Shown one piece after another: positions 1 through 8,961 of a stretch of DNA of 25,765 nucleotides (within the stretch, counting starts at the first letter, position 1; every line of letters begins with the position of its first letter). The translations under genes were made by a program, and so were the position numbers. Below the pieces are notes generated by a model. It was not told where the DNA came from, did no database searches, and saw only the letters and a list, made by a program, of their open reading frames with translations. Source of the stretch: a virus (lineage: Duplodnaviria > Caudoviricetes); IMG/VR virus record IMGVR_UViG_3300030372_001545, positions 1 through 25,765 of that record; one strand, written 5' to 3'.

Positions 1-3000
1 GAAATACTAAAAAGCATTTACTCAAAGAATCAAACTCAACGTGAACACCTCCACCAGTTCTATCTCTGTTCCTATAAGCAAAGTCACCACCTTGCTCTAT
101 AGGTAAGCCTATATTCTGTATTTTTGCACCTTGGTATAACCATATAGATTCACTATCAGCCCAAAACATACCGTAATCACAAGATATAATAGAAGCTTGG
201 CTTAGACATCCACATTGTAATATATTCTCTTCTATAACCATTGTCCTTGGGTTTATCATATATGTAGTGCTTTTACTAAAAGCAAATAGCTTACCATTGT
301 AATAGCTTATTGCTGTTGGGTATTCTGGCAACTCTAAGAAATCAGTAGACCAATCATAGATATTGAACTTGCCCGGCTTAGACCTGAATATATAATTAGA
401 ATTATCATCAAGGGACTGGTGCCAAGCATCTGCTATAAACATATATCCATCCCCAACAACAGATAATCCATAGTGAGGTTGCGTATTCTCTAGTAACTCA
501 CTTACACCTGTCCTTGTTTCATAGGTTTCACCAGTTTTTCCCTTATCTGTAATAGTGCAATTCCATTCATTTGAGCCAGTACTTGCTGAAGTCCACTTAA
601 CATCATCTAATGGTATTTGTTCAATTAACTGATAAAAAGCCTTAGGGAAAGCAACATCTTCAGTTGTTCTTGAGCGATATAAATTTATATGAGAAACTCT
701 TTTTGAAATATTTTCTATATTAGGAATTGTTATTTTAATATTTAAACAATCTCCAGTTGTTTGAACAGTCCAGCCAGAATTAGTATCAACTGATGAGCCT
801 AAGGTCTCAGACAATGGAGACTCTTGAAATCCATCATAAACAAAGCTAAAAGCATAATACATATACTGAGGGGTTAATGGGTCTTCTAATGCTCCAGAGC
901 TACCACCATCTGCTGGTGTATCCTTAGCAAAGAATCCTATAAAATCAGATGTTCCTGCGGCAATAGGAGTGCCTATCCTAGCATTGTTAGCGGCGGCTGA
1001 ACCATTACCAACATTATCAAATCCAGTAATAGTTAAATATGGAACTTGAGCTTTAAAACCAAGCGTAGAACTTACAGCAGTGATACCATCATCTAGATTT
1101 GTACTAAACATATAGGATATCTCACCTTTACTTTGATTAGTGACAACCATTAAACCTGTATTAGGGTGTATAATTCCAGTAGGTTTAAAATCCCATTGCG
1201 TTGCGGGGTCATCTGAGCTAAAGGTAATATTTGCTTGTTTATCTTCTGCAAGTTCGTGCTGTAATACCATAGTCCTAACATATCCCATTTTCCCACCATA
1301 GGCATCTTCCCATTCTCTAAACTTGATTCGCTTTGCAGTATCGTTTCCACTATTAAAATCGTAACTTGCAAATTGAGTAAATCTATCACTTCCATAAGCA
1401 CTTGCATCTCTATATGCTACATACCTACCAGAATTTCCATCTCCACCCATATTCATACCTTCTGCTCTTGGATGCTGAACAAGGTCTGTAGAAGCACCAT
1501 TAGCCGCAAATGCTCCAATAATTATCTCACTAGCTGACTTGCCTGTTGAGGTAGCATAAAAGTTATCATTTTCTTTATGAAAAGGATTTTTATAAAAGAA
1601 AGTATCTTTAGCCCAACTATTAGCACCGCTACTAGTCTGTAATGAATTTGCATCGTGTAATAGGTCTATATTATAGGATTTAATATTTCCATCAGTATCA
1701 AAAATACTCAACCTTTGTTTAGTTGCCCCATCTTGCGCAATTAATCCTCTAGTAAAGTTACTAGGTCTCCCTTGTTGATTGAGATATGTTCTACCATCTC
1801 GTGAATTAGGATTGATAAGCCCCCATCTACTTTTATTAAATTCGTCACTTCCTAAATCATCCTTATTATATCCCCCAGAGTGCATTGTATCCTGAGCTAA
1901 TGGAATAATTAAAGGCTTCTTTGTAAAACCTTCAGCCGTACCATCAACAATATTCAATGTAACTACTTGACTAGCTGGTAATCCAGCAACCTCTACCTCC
2001 TTAGGTCTTGCAGAAGAACCTGAACCTGTTAATACCAACCTGTCCCTATTTGCTAAAAAGGTAACATCCTCTCCTCCGTTTTGAAAAGAATCAGCATAAT
2101 AACAAGAACTACTTACTAATTCAGCCCATAATTGTTGCTGTTGCATTAAATGTTCGTTTCTCCCTATTGCAACTTCTTGCTCATTATTCCAACCTCTATC
2201 AGATGCTGAATAAACACAAAAAACCCCTACTCTATCAGCTTCTCCTACATCCATCAATCCAAATTGAAATGTTTGAAGAACACCCGCTTCTCTCTCCCCT
2301 AGCCTTTTTGCAAAGCCTCCATATTGTGACCATATATTCCCAAAGTGTGGCGAACTACTCCCATCATATATGTACTGAGGAGCAGTTTCAAATGCGTTTT
2401 GATTTTCATTAGTACCAGTAGTTCCTTGAGGATGACCTCCCTCAGAAGGGTCATAATTACCTCTAATAATAACACTGTTTATACTGTTGTAAGGCTCTGC
2501 TAGAGAAAGTTGGTTTATCTTATAAAACTCTCTAGTTGATGGGCTTCTATTATCTAATCTCAATCTCCCTGCTTCATTTACAGTGGGTTCCATTCCAGTA
2601 GGGTGCGCAGGGTTTGCTAAGGTAGTAGACCACAACCATTCTTGGTCAAAGGTATGTCCACATATAGGAGGATACCAAGCATCTTCTTCGGGTGTGCCAG
2701 TTTCATAATCAGGGTCTGAATTGTAAGGAGCATAATCTCTTTTGCCATCAAAATTCCAAGAAGCTTGAAACCATATCTTACCTGTTCCACCTGAGCCAGT
2801 ATTAAACCTTGAATCTGTTGGCGTTACCATTATATGGCTATACCAAGCACCTCCAGCTGGGTCATCTGGCTTTCTTCTTCTAGTACATATACCCGGAGCT
2901 GTATCAGGTAGGGGATAAGGCCAGTTTGTATTATATTTTTCAAAAGCTCCTACAGTAGGACTTTTAGTATTGCCACTATCGTGAACACCTGTAAACTTAA

Positions 3001-4291
3001 AACAATGTAATAGCCCATTGTCTACATCATCAAGCACATACAGATGAGGGCCATCAGATGCTATTGAAATAGGGGAAGTTATACTAGTGTCTTCTGCTCC
3101 ATATTTATAATATTGTATAACATTAGCAGTAGCGCCAAGGGTAACTGTTTGAGTTCTAAATATATATATATCTGACTTACCAAATTGAAACCCTGCCCAA
3201 TAATCATACTCCCAAGTACCACTAGCGCCTGCTTTATTTCCACTAGCATCATACCAATTAGTAGTAGTTATTCTTACTAAATCATCTAATATTGGAATTT
3301 CAGTAGGTATTTTTAATTCAGCATCTTCTATAATAACTGTATTCTCACCAAACTCTCTATCCCATTGTTTATACTGCTGAATACCTGCCCACTTTGGTGG
3401 AGTATTAGACTTGCCACCTAATCCAACAGCAACACTTTTGCTATTTAATTGCTGGAAATCTGCTTTGTTTGAGTTTGTTGATAAAATTCCAGCATTGCTT
3501 TTTTCATCAGAAAGAGTAGGAGCATTGTTGGGGTCAAGGTTTATAACCTTATCAATGTTGTGATGTACATTTAAAATTCCATTTATAAATTTTAATAAAT
3601 GAGCACCATCTCTAGTTTTCAAAACGTGCATATCACTGGTAACTGTTCCATTTGCGTGATATATGAAACTTATTTCTTCACCAAGCGTGAAATAATCAAA
3701 GCTATTCCAATAAAGCATTAATCCATTTCCTATGCTTTCTCCATTATTTGTCCCAACATCAGCTGTTACACCAGCGGCTGGAGTCCATCCTTGATTTTCT
3801 CCATTAACTACTGTTTTATATCTATATTTTAAATTTGTATTGGTACAACTTTTTACCTTAAGAGTTAAGTCATTAGTTGGACTAGAGCCTCCAATAAGAT
3901 TACCTGCTACCTTAACAGTATCACCCGGTTTATACCCAGAGCGTGCAACTCCACCTACTGCATTACTACTACTTGTTGCAAGATAAGTCCCAGCTTTAAT
4001 TTCTAAGGTTAATGTTAAATTAGAATTTCCAGTAGAGCTTACATTAGTAGTGGCAACGTTGCTATATGTACCATTTGTTAACCCACTGCCCGGGCCAGAA
4101 ACTGCCGCCCATACCATATCTTGAGGGACACCTTCTGTTAATTCATCTACCCTTATAGTATAAGCAGTGTCTTCTGTTCCAGTAAAATTTCCTTCAACAC
4201 GAATAGAAGTGTTTTTTGAACCTACAGTTTGAAACTGGTCTCCTGCTGGAGATGAAAAACTTTGTACATTATCTGGTGTTGCTAACGCCAT
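1..4291 (-). CDS. Large tail protein, probable nozzle / DNA-stabilisation (P22 gp10 / T7 gp12-like) with accessory domains; partial, >1430 aa, runs off the left edge
   Basis: Translated by hand: ATG at 4291 (MALATPDNVQSFSSPAGDQF...) with no in-frame stop down to position 1. The distal part has propeller-type motifs typical of phage stabilisation proteins (YIFRSKPGKFNIYDW, PTAISYYNGKLFAFSKSTTYMIN, GCLSQASIISCDYGMFWADSESIWLY). Confidence 0.75.
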   Translation of the reverse strand, partial: MALATPDNVQSFSSPAGDQFQTVGSKNTSIRVEGNFTGTEDTAYTIRVDELTEGVPQDMVWAAVSGPGSGLTNGTYSNVATTNVSSTGNSNLTLTLEIKAGTYLATSSSNAVGGVARSGYKPGDTVKVAGNLIGGSSPTNDLTLKVKSCTNTNLKYRYKTVVNGENQGWTPAAGVTADVGTNNGESIGNGLMLYWNSFDYFTLGEEISFIYHANGTVTSDMHVLKTRDGAHLLKFINGILNVHHNIDKVINLDPNNAPTLSDEKSNAGILSTNSNKADFQQLNSKSVAVGLGGKSNTPPKWAGIQQYKQWDREFGENTVIIEDAELKIPTEIPILDDLVRITTTNWYDASGNKAGASGTWEYDYWAGFQFGKSDIYIFRTQTVTLGATANVIQYYKYGAEDTSITSPISIASDGPHLYVLDDVDNGLLHCFKFTGVHDSGNTKSPTVGAFEKYNTNWPYPLPDTAPGICTRRRKPDDPAGGAWYSHIMVTPTDSRFNTGSGGTGKIWFQASWNFDGKRDYAPYNSDPDYETGTPEEDAWYPPICGHTFDQEWLWSTTLANPAHPTGMEPTVNEAGRLRLDNRSPSTREFYKINQLSLAEPYNSINSVIIRGNYDPSEGGHPQGTTGTNENQNAFETAPQYIYDGSSSPHFGNIWSQYGGFAKRLGEREAGVLQTFQFGLMDVGEADRVGVFCVYSASDRGWNNEQEVAIGRNEHLMQQQQLWAELVSSSCYYADSFQNGGEDVTFLANRDRLVLTGSGSSARPKEVEVAGLPASQVVTLNIVDGTAEGFTKKPLIIPLAQDTMHSGGYNKDDLGSDEFNKSRWGLINPNSRDGRTYLNQQGRPSNFTRGLIAQDGATKQRLSIFDTDGNIKSYNIDLLHDANSLQTSSGANSWAKDTFFYKNPFHKENDNFYATSTGKSASEIIIGAFAANGASTDLVQHPRAEGMNMGGDGNSGRYVAYRDASAYGSDRFTQFASYDFNSGNDTAKRIKFREWEDAYGGKMGYVRTMVLQHELAEDKQANITFSSDDPATQWDFKPTGIIHPNTGLMVVTNQSKGEISYMFSTNLDDGITAVSSTLGFKAQVPYLTITGFDNVGNGSAAANNARIGTPIAAGTSDFIGFFAKDTPADGGSSGALEDPLTPQYMYYAFSFVYDGFQESPLSETLGSSVDTNSGWTVQTTGDCLNIKITIPNIENISKRVSHINLYRSRTTEDVAFPKAFYQLIEQIPLDDVKWTSASTGSNEWNCTITDKGKTGETYETRTGVSELLENTQPHYGLSVVGDGYMFIADAWHQSLDDNSNYIFRSKPGKFNIYDWSTDFLELPEYPTAISYYNGKLFAFSKSTTYMINPRTMVIEENILQCGCLSQASIISCDYGMFWADSESIWLYQGAKIQNIGLPIEQGGDFAYRNRDRTGGGVHVEFDSLSKCFLVF

Positions 4292-5440
4292 TTATGGCCC
4301 CTTCCATCCGTTATCATCACTATTTTCTCCGTCTCCTGAACCATCATCACCACTTCCAGTTCCACCAGTTTCCGTGACTACAAAATTCCAACTTGAAGAA
4401 CCAGCAAACATAAAATCATTTGTAACGAAATTACCATCGTCATATCTAACAAGGCTGGCAATGTCAGTATCTAAATTAATATACGAAGTATTTCCATTAG
4501 AGTTTCCTGATATATGTAGTTGCTCTGTCCAATTACCGTTCTTTACTCCATCGTCTATTGCGTAGGGATATATGATTTGATATGTATTATAATTTGCATT
4601 TGTAAAAGAAAGAGTTTTACTAGCAACACTAGCGCCACCACTTGGATAATCAGCTTTTAATTTAGTTGAATCATCAGATGTAAATGTTAAATCTACAGTA
4701 GAGGTTGAATCAATAAAATTAGGGTTGCTAGAGAGTTTTACTTCTACTTTAAATCCTTGTTGCTCGCCCTCTAATACTCCACTATTTTTAAATGTGCTTC
4801 GCTTTACAATGACGCCAGACACAACATCACTCCTGTATGAGTAATTATGATTGAAGTCTACATCCGTACTATTCCACTTAGCATCAGTGCTTTGAGCAGT
4901 GTATTTTAATTTAAGACCTATATCAGCTTCAGTAGTTACATTTTGTGGAATCAAGTAAAAAGTTTGAAGAGTTTGCCAGTTACCACTAGTAAAGGTAAGT
5001 TCAATATATTCTCCAGAATTAGGGTATCCACTTGTATCATTTGTATCATTTATCTTGAGATAGTCATCCATATTCGCAAAATCATCTATCTCTATTTTTA
5101 TAACAACATTTGATGTAGGAATGGTTCCTACCAAGTTAACATCAACCCTATAAGTATCATTCTGATAAAGAGTATTGTCAACAATGCCAGTTGTTAGAAC
5201 ATTAATTTCTCTAGGGATTTGTCCATCACCGCCAACAGAAGGTTGTGCAAAGTGAAAATGAGTTCTCCACTTAGGTAAGTCTATTAGGACATCTTTCCAT
5301 CTACCCCTTAACCTTCCCTCAGTGCTATTAGGGTCTATATCTTGAGAATAAGTAGCCGCATCTATCTTGATATCATTATCATCTGCGGCAGTAACTATGC
5401 CTACATTAAAGTTCTTTATTTCTCTGACGGACTTAGGCAT
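4292..5440 (-). CDS. Tail protein: nozzle-like N-terminal ~50 aa, two Calx-beta/Ig-like repeats and a Gly/Asp-rich tail
   Basis: 382 aa. N-terminus MPKSVREIKNFNVGIVTAADDNDI...DIDPNSTEGRLRG resembles stabilisation-protein N-termini. Repeated LTFTSGNWQTLQT / LSFTNANYNTYQI...AIDDG. C-terminus GGTGSGDDGSGDGENSDD. Confidence 0.6.
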   Translation of the reverse strand: MPKSVREIKNFNVGIVTAADDNDIKIDAATYSQDIDPNSTEGRLRGRWKDVLIDLPKWRTHFHFAQPSVGGDGQIPREINVLTTGIVDNTLYQNDTYRVDVNLVGTIPTSNVVIKIEIDDFANMDDYLKINDTNDTSGYPNSGEYIELTFTSGNWQTLQTFYLIPQNVTTEADIGLKLKYTAQSTDAKWNSTDVDFNHNYSYRSDVVSGVIVKRSTFKNSGVLEGEQQGFKVEVKLSSNPNFIDSTSTVDLTFTSDDSTKLKADYPSGGASVASKTLSFTNANYNTYQIIYPYAIDDGVKNGNWTEQLHISGNSNGNTSYINLDTDIASLVRYDDGNFVTNDFMFAGSSSWNFVVTETGGTGSGDDGSGDGENSDDNGWKGP

Positions 5441-5618
5441 CTTTCCTATCTTGCTCCATTTGCATAAGTTTCGCAGTAATATAGATAGAAAGGTCTAAAG
5501 CTTCTTCAAGAGCCTCCTTAACCCAGTCTCTTCCATCATTAACATCTAACTGGTCAGCGTACTCTTTCTTACCCTTTTCTAGCCTTGCTTCTATCTTCTT
5601 TACTATTTCTTTGTTCAT
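5433..5618 (-). CDS. Small all-alpha MazG-like / NTP-pyrophosphatase-like protein
   Basis: GKKEY...DGRDWVKEALEEALDLSIY contains an EExxD helix. The likely start is ATG 5618, overlapping the upstream TGA (ATGA), rather than 5633. Confidence 0.5.
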   Translation of the reverse strand: MNKEIVKKIEARLEKGKKEYADQLDVNDGRDWVKEALEEALDLSIYITAKLMQMEQDRKDA

Positions 5619-6394
5619 ATCAATTCTCCCCATAGAGAAGCGTGTCCATTTATAATTTGGATTATATGGACAGTAAAATAGCCATTACCAAAGTAATCTA
5701 CCACAGCAAAAGCGTGTTGCCAGTTGTGTTTTCTATTCATAAGCCAATCGTTTGATTTTGAATCTAATTTCTTTAAACATCCTATACTCCAAGCACTCTT
5801 GACACCATCCAAGTGGGTAACTGAAGATTGCTGAATATCGTGATGATGACCGTACATAACATTTGAACCAAGACGGATAAGATGATTGCGGGTATGGTTG
5901 ATACCAGCAAAATGATTTCCGTGATAGTAAAATAACTTACCAATCTTGAGATATTTTCCCATAGGATAGTATTTGAACCCTCTTCCCTCCAAGCAGGCAT
6001 CTGGAAAGTTATACCCGTGACAGTAGGGGTTTTCATCTTGGAACCTATTAAGCCAATCATCGTGGTTTCCTTCGCAGAAGTACTTTTCTGTACAGTTAAC
6101 TTTATCAAGGGCTTCATCAATCTTGTCTAGCCCCTTGTTGACTTGTGCGATTTCTTCGTCCACGAATGGAATTTGATATTCCAAAGGCGGTCTTTTCTTT
6201 TTCTTCCATTGCCAAGATGAAACACTAAACCATTCCCCGACATCGCCGAGGTCTACATAAAAGTCTGGTTTTACTATGCCTATTGCTTTTATCAAGCATC
6301 TAATGGCTCCTTTATCCTCTAGTGGAAAGTGTTTGTCTGGTGTTATTATACCCCTCTTGACAACTCCTTTATCTAATTTGGTAATTGCTCCCAA
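5615..6394 (-). CDS. Calcineurin-like metallophosphoesterase
   Basis: All five motifs present in order: PDKH, LGDVGE, EGNHD, YHG, GHHH. Confidence 0.9.
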   Translation of the reverse strand: MGAITKLDKGVVKRGIITPDKHFPLEDKGAIRCLIKAIGIVKPDFYVDLGDVGEWFSVSSWQWKKKKRPPLEYQIPFVDEEIAQVNKGLDKIDEALDKVNCTEKYFCEGNHDDWLNRFQDENPYCHGYNFPDACLEGRGFKYYPMGKYLKIGKLFYYHGNHFAGINHTRNHLIRLGSNVMYGHHHDIQQSSVTHLDGVKSAWSIGCLKKLDSKSNDWLMNRKHNWQHAFAVVDYFGNGYFTVHIIQIINGHASLWGELI

Positions 6395-6642
6395 AGTTCC
6401 TCCCAGTTGCTAACATCTATAAGTAAACTCTTCGCCTTCTGGAGATGTTTCTCCGTAGTGCGCTTTGTGAATCTAAGTAGAAATTTATGACAATAATCAC
6501 ATTCCCACATTAAAGCCCCATTATAAGCACCAAGTATCTCTACTTCGTGTATGTCAGGACATTGGCAATGTGGGCACTCTTTAGGTTTATCCCTAAAAGG
6601 TTTGTTGCAATCAATATCAAACTTATCTATAACCTTAGACAC
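6373..6642 (-). CDS. Zn-ribbon protein
   Basis: CPHC ... WECDYC. GTG start coupled to the upstream TAG (TAGTG). Confidence 0.7.
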   Translation of the reverse strand: MSKVIDKFDIDCNKPFRDKPKECPHCQCPDIHEVEILGAYNGALMWECDYCHKFLLRFTKRTTEKHLQKAKSLLIDVSNWEELWEQLPN

Positions 6643-6869
6643 TACTTATCCTTGAATACTCCCTCGAGTAAATCAGTAACTATGTCTACAACTCTTTCGA
6701 AAAAGATTTGTTCTTTCTCTTCGGATACAAACGGAATGTCAATTTTTTCATTGATTTTAGTAGCTATTTCATCAGCAAACTCATCAGAACCAAGCCAGTC
6801 CATAGCCTCGCTTTTCATTTTATCTGCTTGAGCCTCTGCCAAGTCCATAATTATCTTTTTAAAATCCAT
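6642..6869 (-). CDS. Hypothetical acidic helical phage protein
   Basis: 75 aa ORF with SD (AAGGAGTAGGA) upstream; INEKIDIPFVSEEKE motif; coupled to its neighbours. Confidence 0.65.
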   Translation of the reverse strand: MDFKKIIMDLAEAQADKMKSEAMDWLGSDEFADEIATKINEKIDIPFVSEEKEQIFFERVVDIVTDLLEGVFKDK

Positions 6870-6875
6870 ATTGTC

Positions 6876-7019
6876 CTACTCCTTTACTTTCTTTGCTTTT
6901 AACCATAAATAGTATATGTTCACTCCGAACATTATACACATTAGTACAACTGACAAGACATCAAGCCAGTACACTAAACCTAAACTTGTGGAGATTCCAC
7001 TAACTTTTAAACTATCCAT
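6876..7019 (-). CDS. Small membrane protein, holin candidate (47 aa, not in ORF track)
   Basis: MDSLKVSGISTSLGLVYWLDVLSVVLMCIMFGVNIYYLWLKAKKVKE: hydrophobic core and basic C-terminus; exactly fills the gap between neighbours. Confidence 0.6.
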   Translation of the reverse strand: MDSLKVSGISTSLGLVYWLDVLSVVLMCIMFGVNIYYLWLKAKKVKE

Positions 7020-7020
7020 A

Positions 7021-7344
7021 TCAAACGTTTTTCCCATTCACTCTGCTTAGACTACCTTTTATTTCTGACACTTGGTTATCTAAATCGTTTATTTCTTTGT
7101 TGAGGGCATCAAATTTCCTATCCAGTTTATCATCTGATTGATTCCACCTGTTGATAAGTTTAATAACCATCCCCTCCATATTTTCAAGTGTTTCACTTTG
7201 ACCTTTGTTTTCAATTTTTAAATTCTGCAAGGCATCTGCTTGCTCGTTCCCTCTGCGATTCATAGAGTAGACCATATAGACGAACATACCCCCTACGACA
7301 CCTATCATACCCGCTTCTGAGTATAGAGCTAGAAACTCCTCCAT
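7021..7344 (-). CDS. N-terminal transmembrane + coiled-coil protein (lysis-associated; holin or i-spanin-like)
   Basis: AGMIGVVGGMFVYMVY hydrophobic segment followed by a heptad-rich C-terminus; strong SD GAGGAGG. Confidence 0.6.
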   Translation of the reverse strand: MEEFLALYSEAGMIGVVGGMFVYMVYSMNRRGNEQADALQNLKIENKGQSETLENMEGMVIKLINRWNQSDDKLDRKFDALNKEINDLDNQVSEIKGSLSRVNGKNV

Positions 7345-7356
7345 TTATTAACCTCC

Positions 7357-7464
7357 TCATTTGAATGGCGACTGTAAAAACTTTAAAAGACCGTCCCTTA
7401 CCTTCTTAAAAAACAAATCTTCCTTCCCTCTGAAGTTACTATTTATATTCTTTTTACGTCTCAC
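7357..7464 (-). CDS. Small basic hypothetical protein (35 aa, not in ORF track)
   Basis: GTG start overlapping the upstream TGA (GTGA); MRRKKNINSNFRGKEDLFFKKVRDGLLKFLQSPFK; its stop abuts the SD of the next gene. Confidence 0.5.
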   Translation of the reverse strand: MRRKKNINSNFRGKEDLFFKKVRDGLLKFLQSPFK

Positions 7465-7784
7465 TTTTTTTTCCTTTTTTTCCAACTTAAGGGATTTAAA
7501 TTTAATTCCTTTTGATACCAATTTAATTCTTCCTCCATTTTTGCAAACTTTGCATCTTCTTCAATTATATGCTTTTCGACAAGCTCTGTAATTGTGGTAG
7601 CAGATTCTGATACTCTTCGTTCAAGGTCACTAATTCTCTGGATAACCATATAGTACGAATACACAAGTCCAGCAACAAGTACAAACATTTGACCAAGCCA
7701 CTTAATGTTAATACTAATGACGGCATTATCATCCACGACAGTCCCACGATAGCTTCTGGCCGTTTTAGGTTTACCATCACTCAC
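7461..7784 (-). CDS. Single-TM + coiled-coil protein with basic C-terminus (i-spanin-like candidate)
   Basis: WLGQMFVLVAGLVYSYYMV TM segment, then coiled coil, ending NPLSWKKRKKK. Confidence 0.55.
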   Translation of the reverse strand: MSDGKPKTARSYRGTVVDDNAVISINIKWLGQMFVLVAGLVYSYYMVIQRISDLERRVSESATTITELVEKHIIEEDAKFAKMEEELNWYQKELNLNPLSWKKRKKK

Positions 7785-7924
7785 AGTTTCTCCGGAATAT
7801 CAAGCCCACCTACAGACCATCCACCATCACAAGCACTTAATAACAATACTGCGAATAGAACCATAAATATTGCTACTCCCACTGCTGACCAAAAATCTTT
7901 ATTAAAATTAGGATGTCTTTCCAT
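7781..7924 (-). CDS. Small lipoprotein (o-spanin-like candidate; 47 aa, not in ORF track)
   Basis: MERHPNFNKDFWSAVGVAIFMVLFAVLLLSA-CDGGWSVGGLDIPEKL: hydrophobic signal and LSAC lipobox; TAATG and GTGA coupling at its two ends. Confidence 0.65.
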   Translation of the reverse strand: MERHPNFNKDFWSAVGVAIFMVLFAVLLLSACDGGWSVGGLDIPEKL

Positions 7925-8961
7925 TAGGATACCATTGCCGCAGTTATATACCTTAGGTTGTTACCAGAGTATCTATGTTTAGCGCCATTAGTCCTTACCC
8001 TAGCCCCATATATATCATCGTGATTAGACGAGGCTAAAAAACTATCTGAATATGTGTGAGTTGGTGTACCAGAACCAATATCGGAATCTAAATAGACTTC
8101 TAAATAAGGTGCTGATGCCCTTGATGGTTTCCAGTATAACTCACATTCATCGTTACCGTGGTTAAAACTAGTAGAACTTCCTCCATCTATTGTAAGCCAA
8201 GTTAGAGTACTAGTACTATTAACATATTTTCCTATTCCCCCATAATACCTATTACCTCTGTAGGCATAACCTATAACAAGATGGTCACAATTAGCATATT
8301 GGTCTCCAGTGGTATCTGAAGTATCTTGCCCTAGTTCAAACATTACATAAGCCGCTCTCGTATTTCTAACAAAATCAATTCCTTGCCATTCGACTTTAAA
8401 AGAATTAGTAAAACCCACTTGTGCTGGAAATCCCTCATTTGGGCCATACCTAAGTGCATTCGAACTATTTGCGCTAAAATATGACCCCTTTAATTGATTA
8501 CTCATAGTAGTCTGTAGGATACTCCCCGAACTAAGGTCGCATTCATAAGCGACTCTTTCTACAGAATAATTACCATCTGCATCAGCAGTACCTTCAGTAC
8601 CGAAAGTTATATTTCCAGTATCTGTCCAAGCAGTCGTATCGTAAGTATCACCTGCAGTATCAGTATTTTGGCTACTTACATTATACCAACTAGTAGGTCT
8701 GTGAAAATCCTCTGCCCATATATATGGTCTTGCATTTGCAGGTATACTACTACCAGTAGCACTATGGTCATACGAATAAAACTCAGACATTAAATGAGGC
8801 GCTGAACCATCTGGTCTATCAGCAGAATCGTTATGAGTATTAATAGTGGCTATTCCACCAGTGGAAGCATTTTGCAAACCAACTGCATTACCTGCTGACC
8901 TTCCTAACTCAACACCAATATCAGCGCCAAGTCTTATCGCTCCTGAGCTACCTATTGCCAT
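7924..8961 (-). CDS. Tail-fibre tip adhesin / receptor-binding protein
   Basis: N-terminus MAIGSSGAIRLGADIGVELG...PDGSAPHLMSEFYSYDH is the attachment-type domain I associate with genes following S74-chaperone fibres (positional analogue of T-even gp38); beta-rich C-terminal domain. Confidence 0.65.
   Translation of the reverse strand: MAIGSSGAIRLGADIGVELGRSAGNAVGLQNASTGGIATINTHNDSADRPDGSAPHLMSEFYSYDHSATGSSIPANARPYIWAEDFHRPTSWYNVSSQNTDTAGDTYDTTAWTDTGNITFGTEGTADADGNYSVERVAYECDLSSGSILQTTMSNQLKGSYFSANSSNALRYGPNEGFPAQVGFTNSFKVEWQGIDFVRNTRAAYVMFELGQDTSDTTGDQYANCDHLVIGYAYRGNRYYGGIGKYVNSTSTLTWLTIDGGSSTSFNHGNDECELYWKPSRASAPYLEVYLDSDIGSGTPTHTYSDSFLASSNHDDIYGARVRTNGAKHRYSGNNLRYITAAMVS

Noticed and set aside
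1-4291. Apparent 4.3-kb gene-free region, or alternative genetic code, suggested by the ORF track
   Set aside because: It is one uninterrupted minus-strand ORF lacking only its stop at the window edge. TAA, TAG and TGA all terminate well-coupled genes elsewhere, so there is no sign of codon reassignment.
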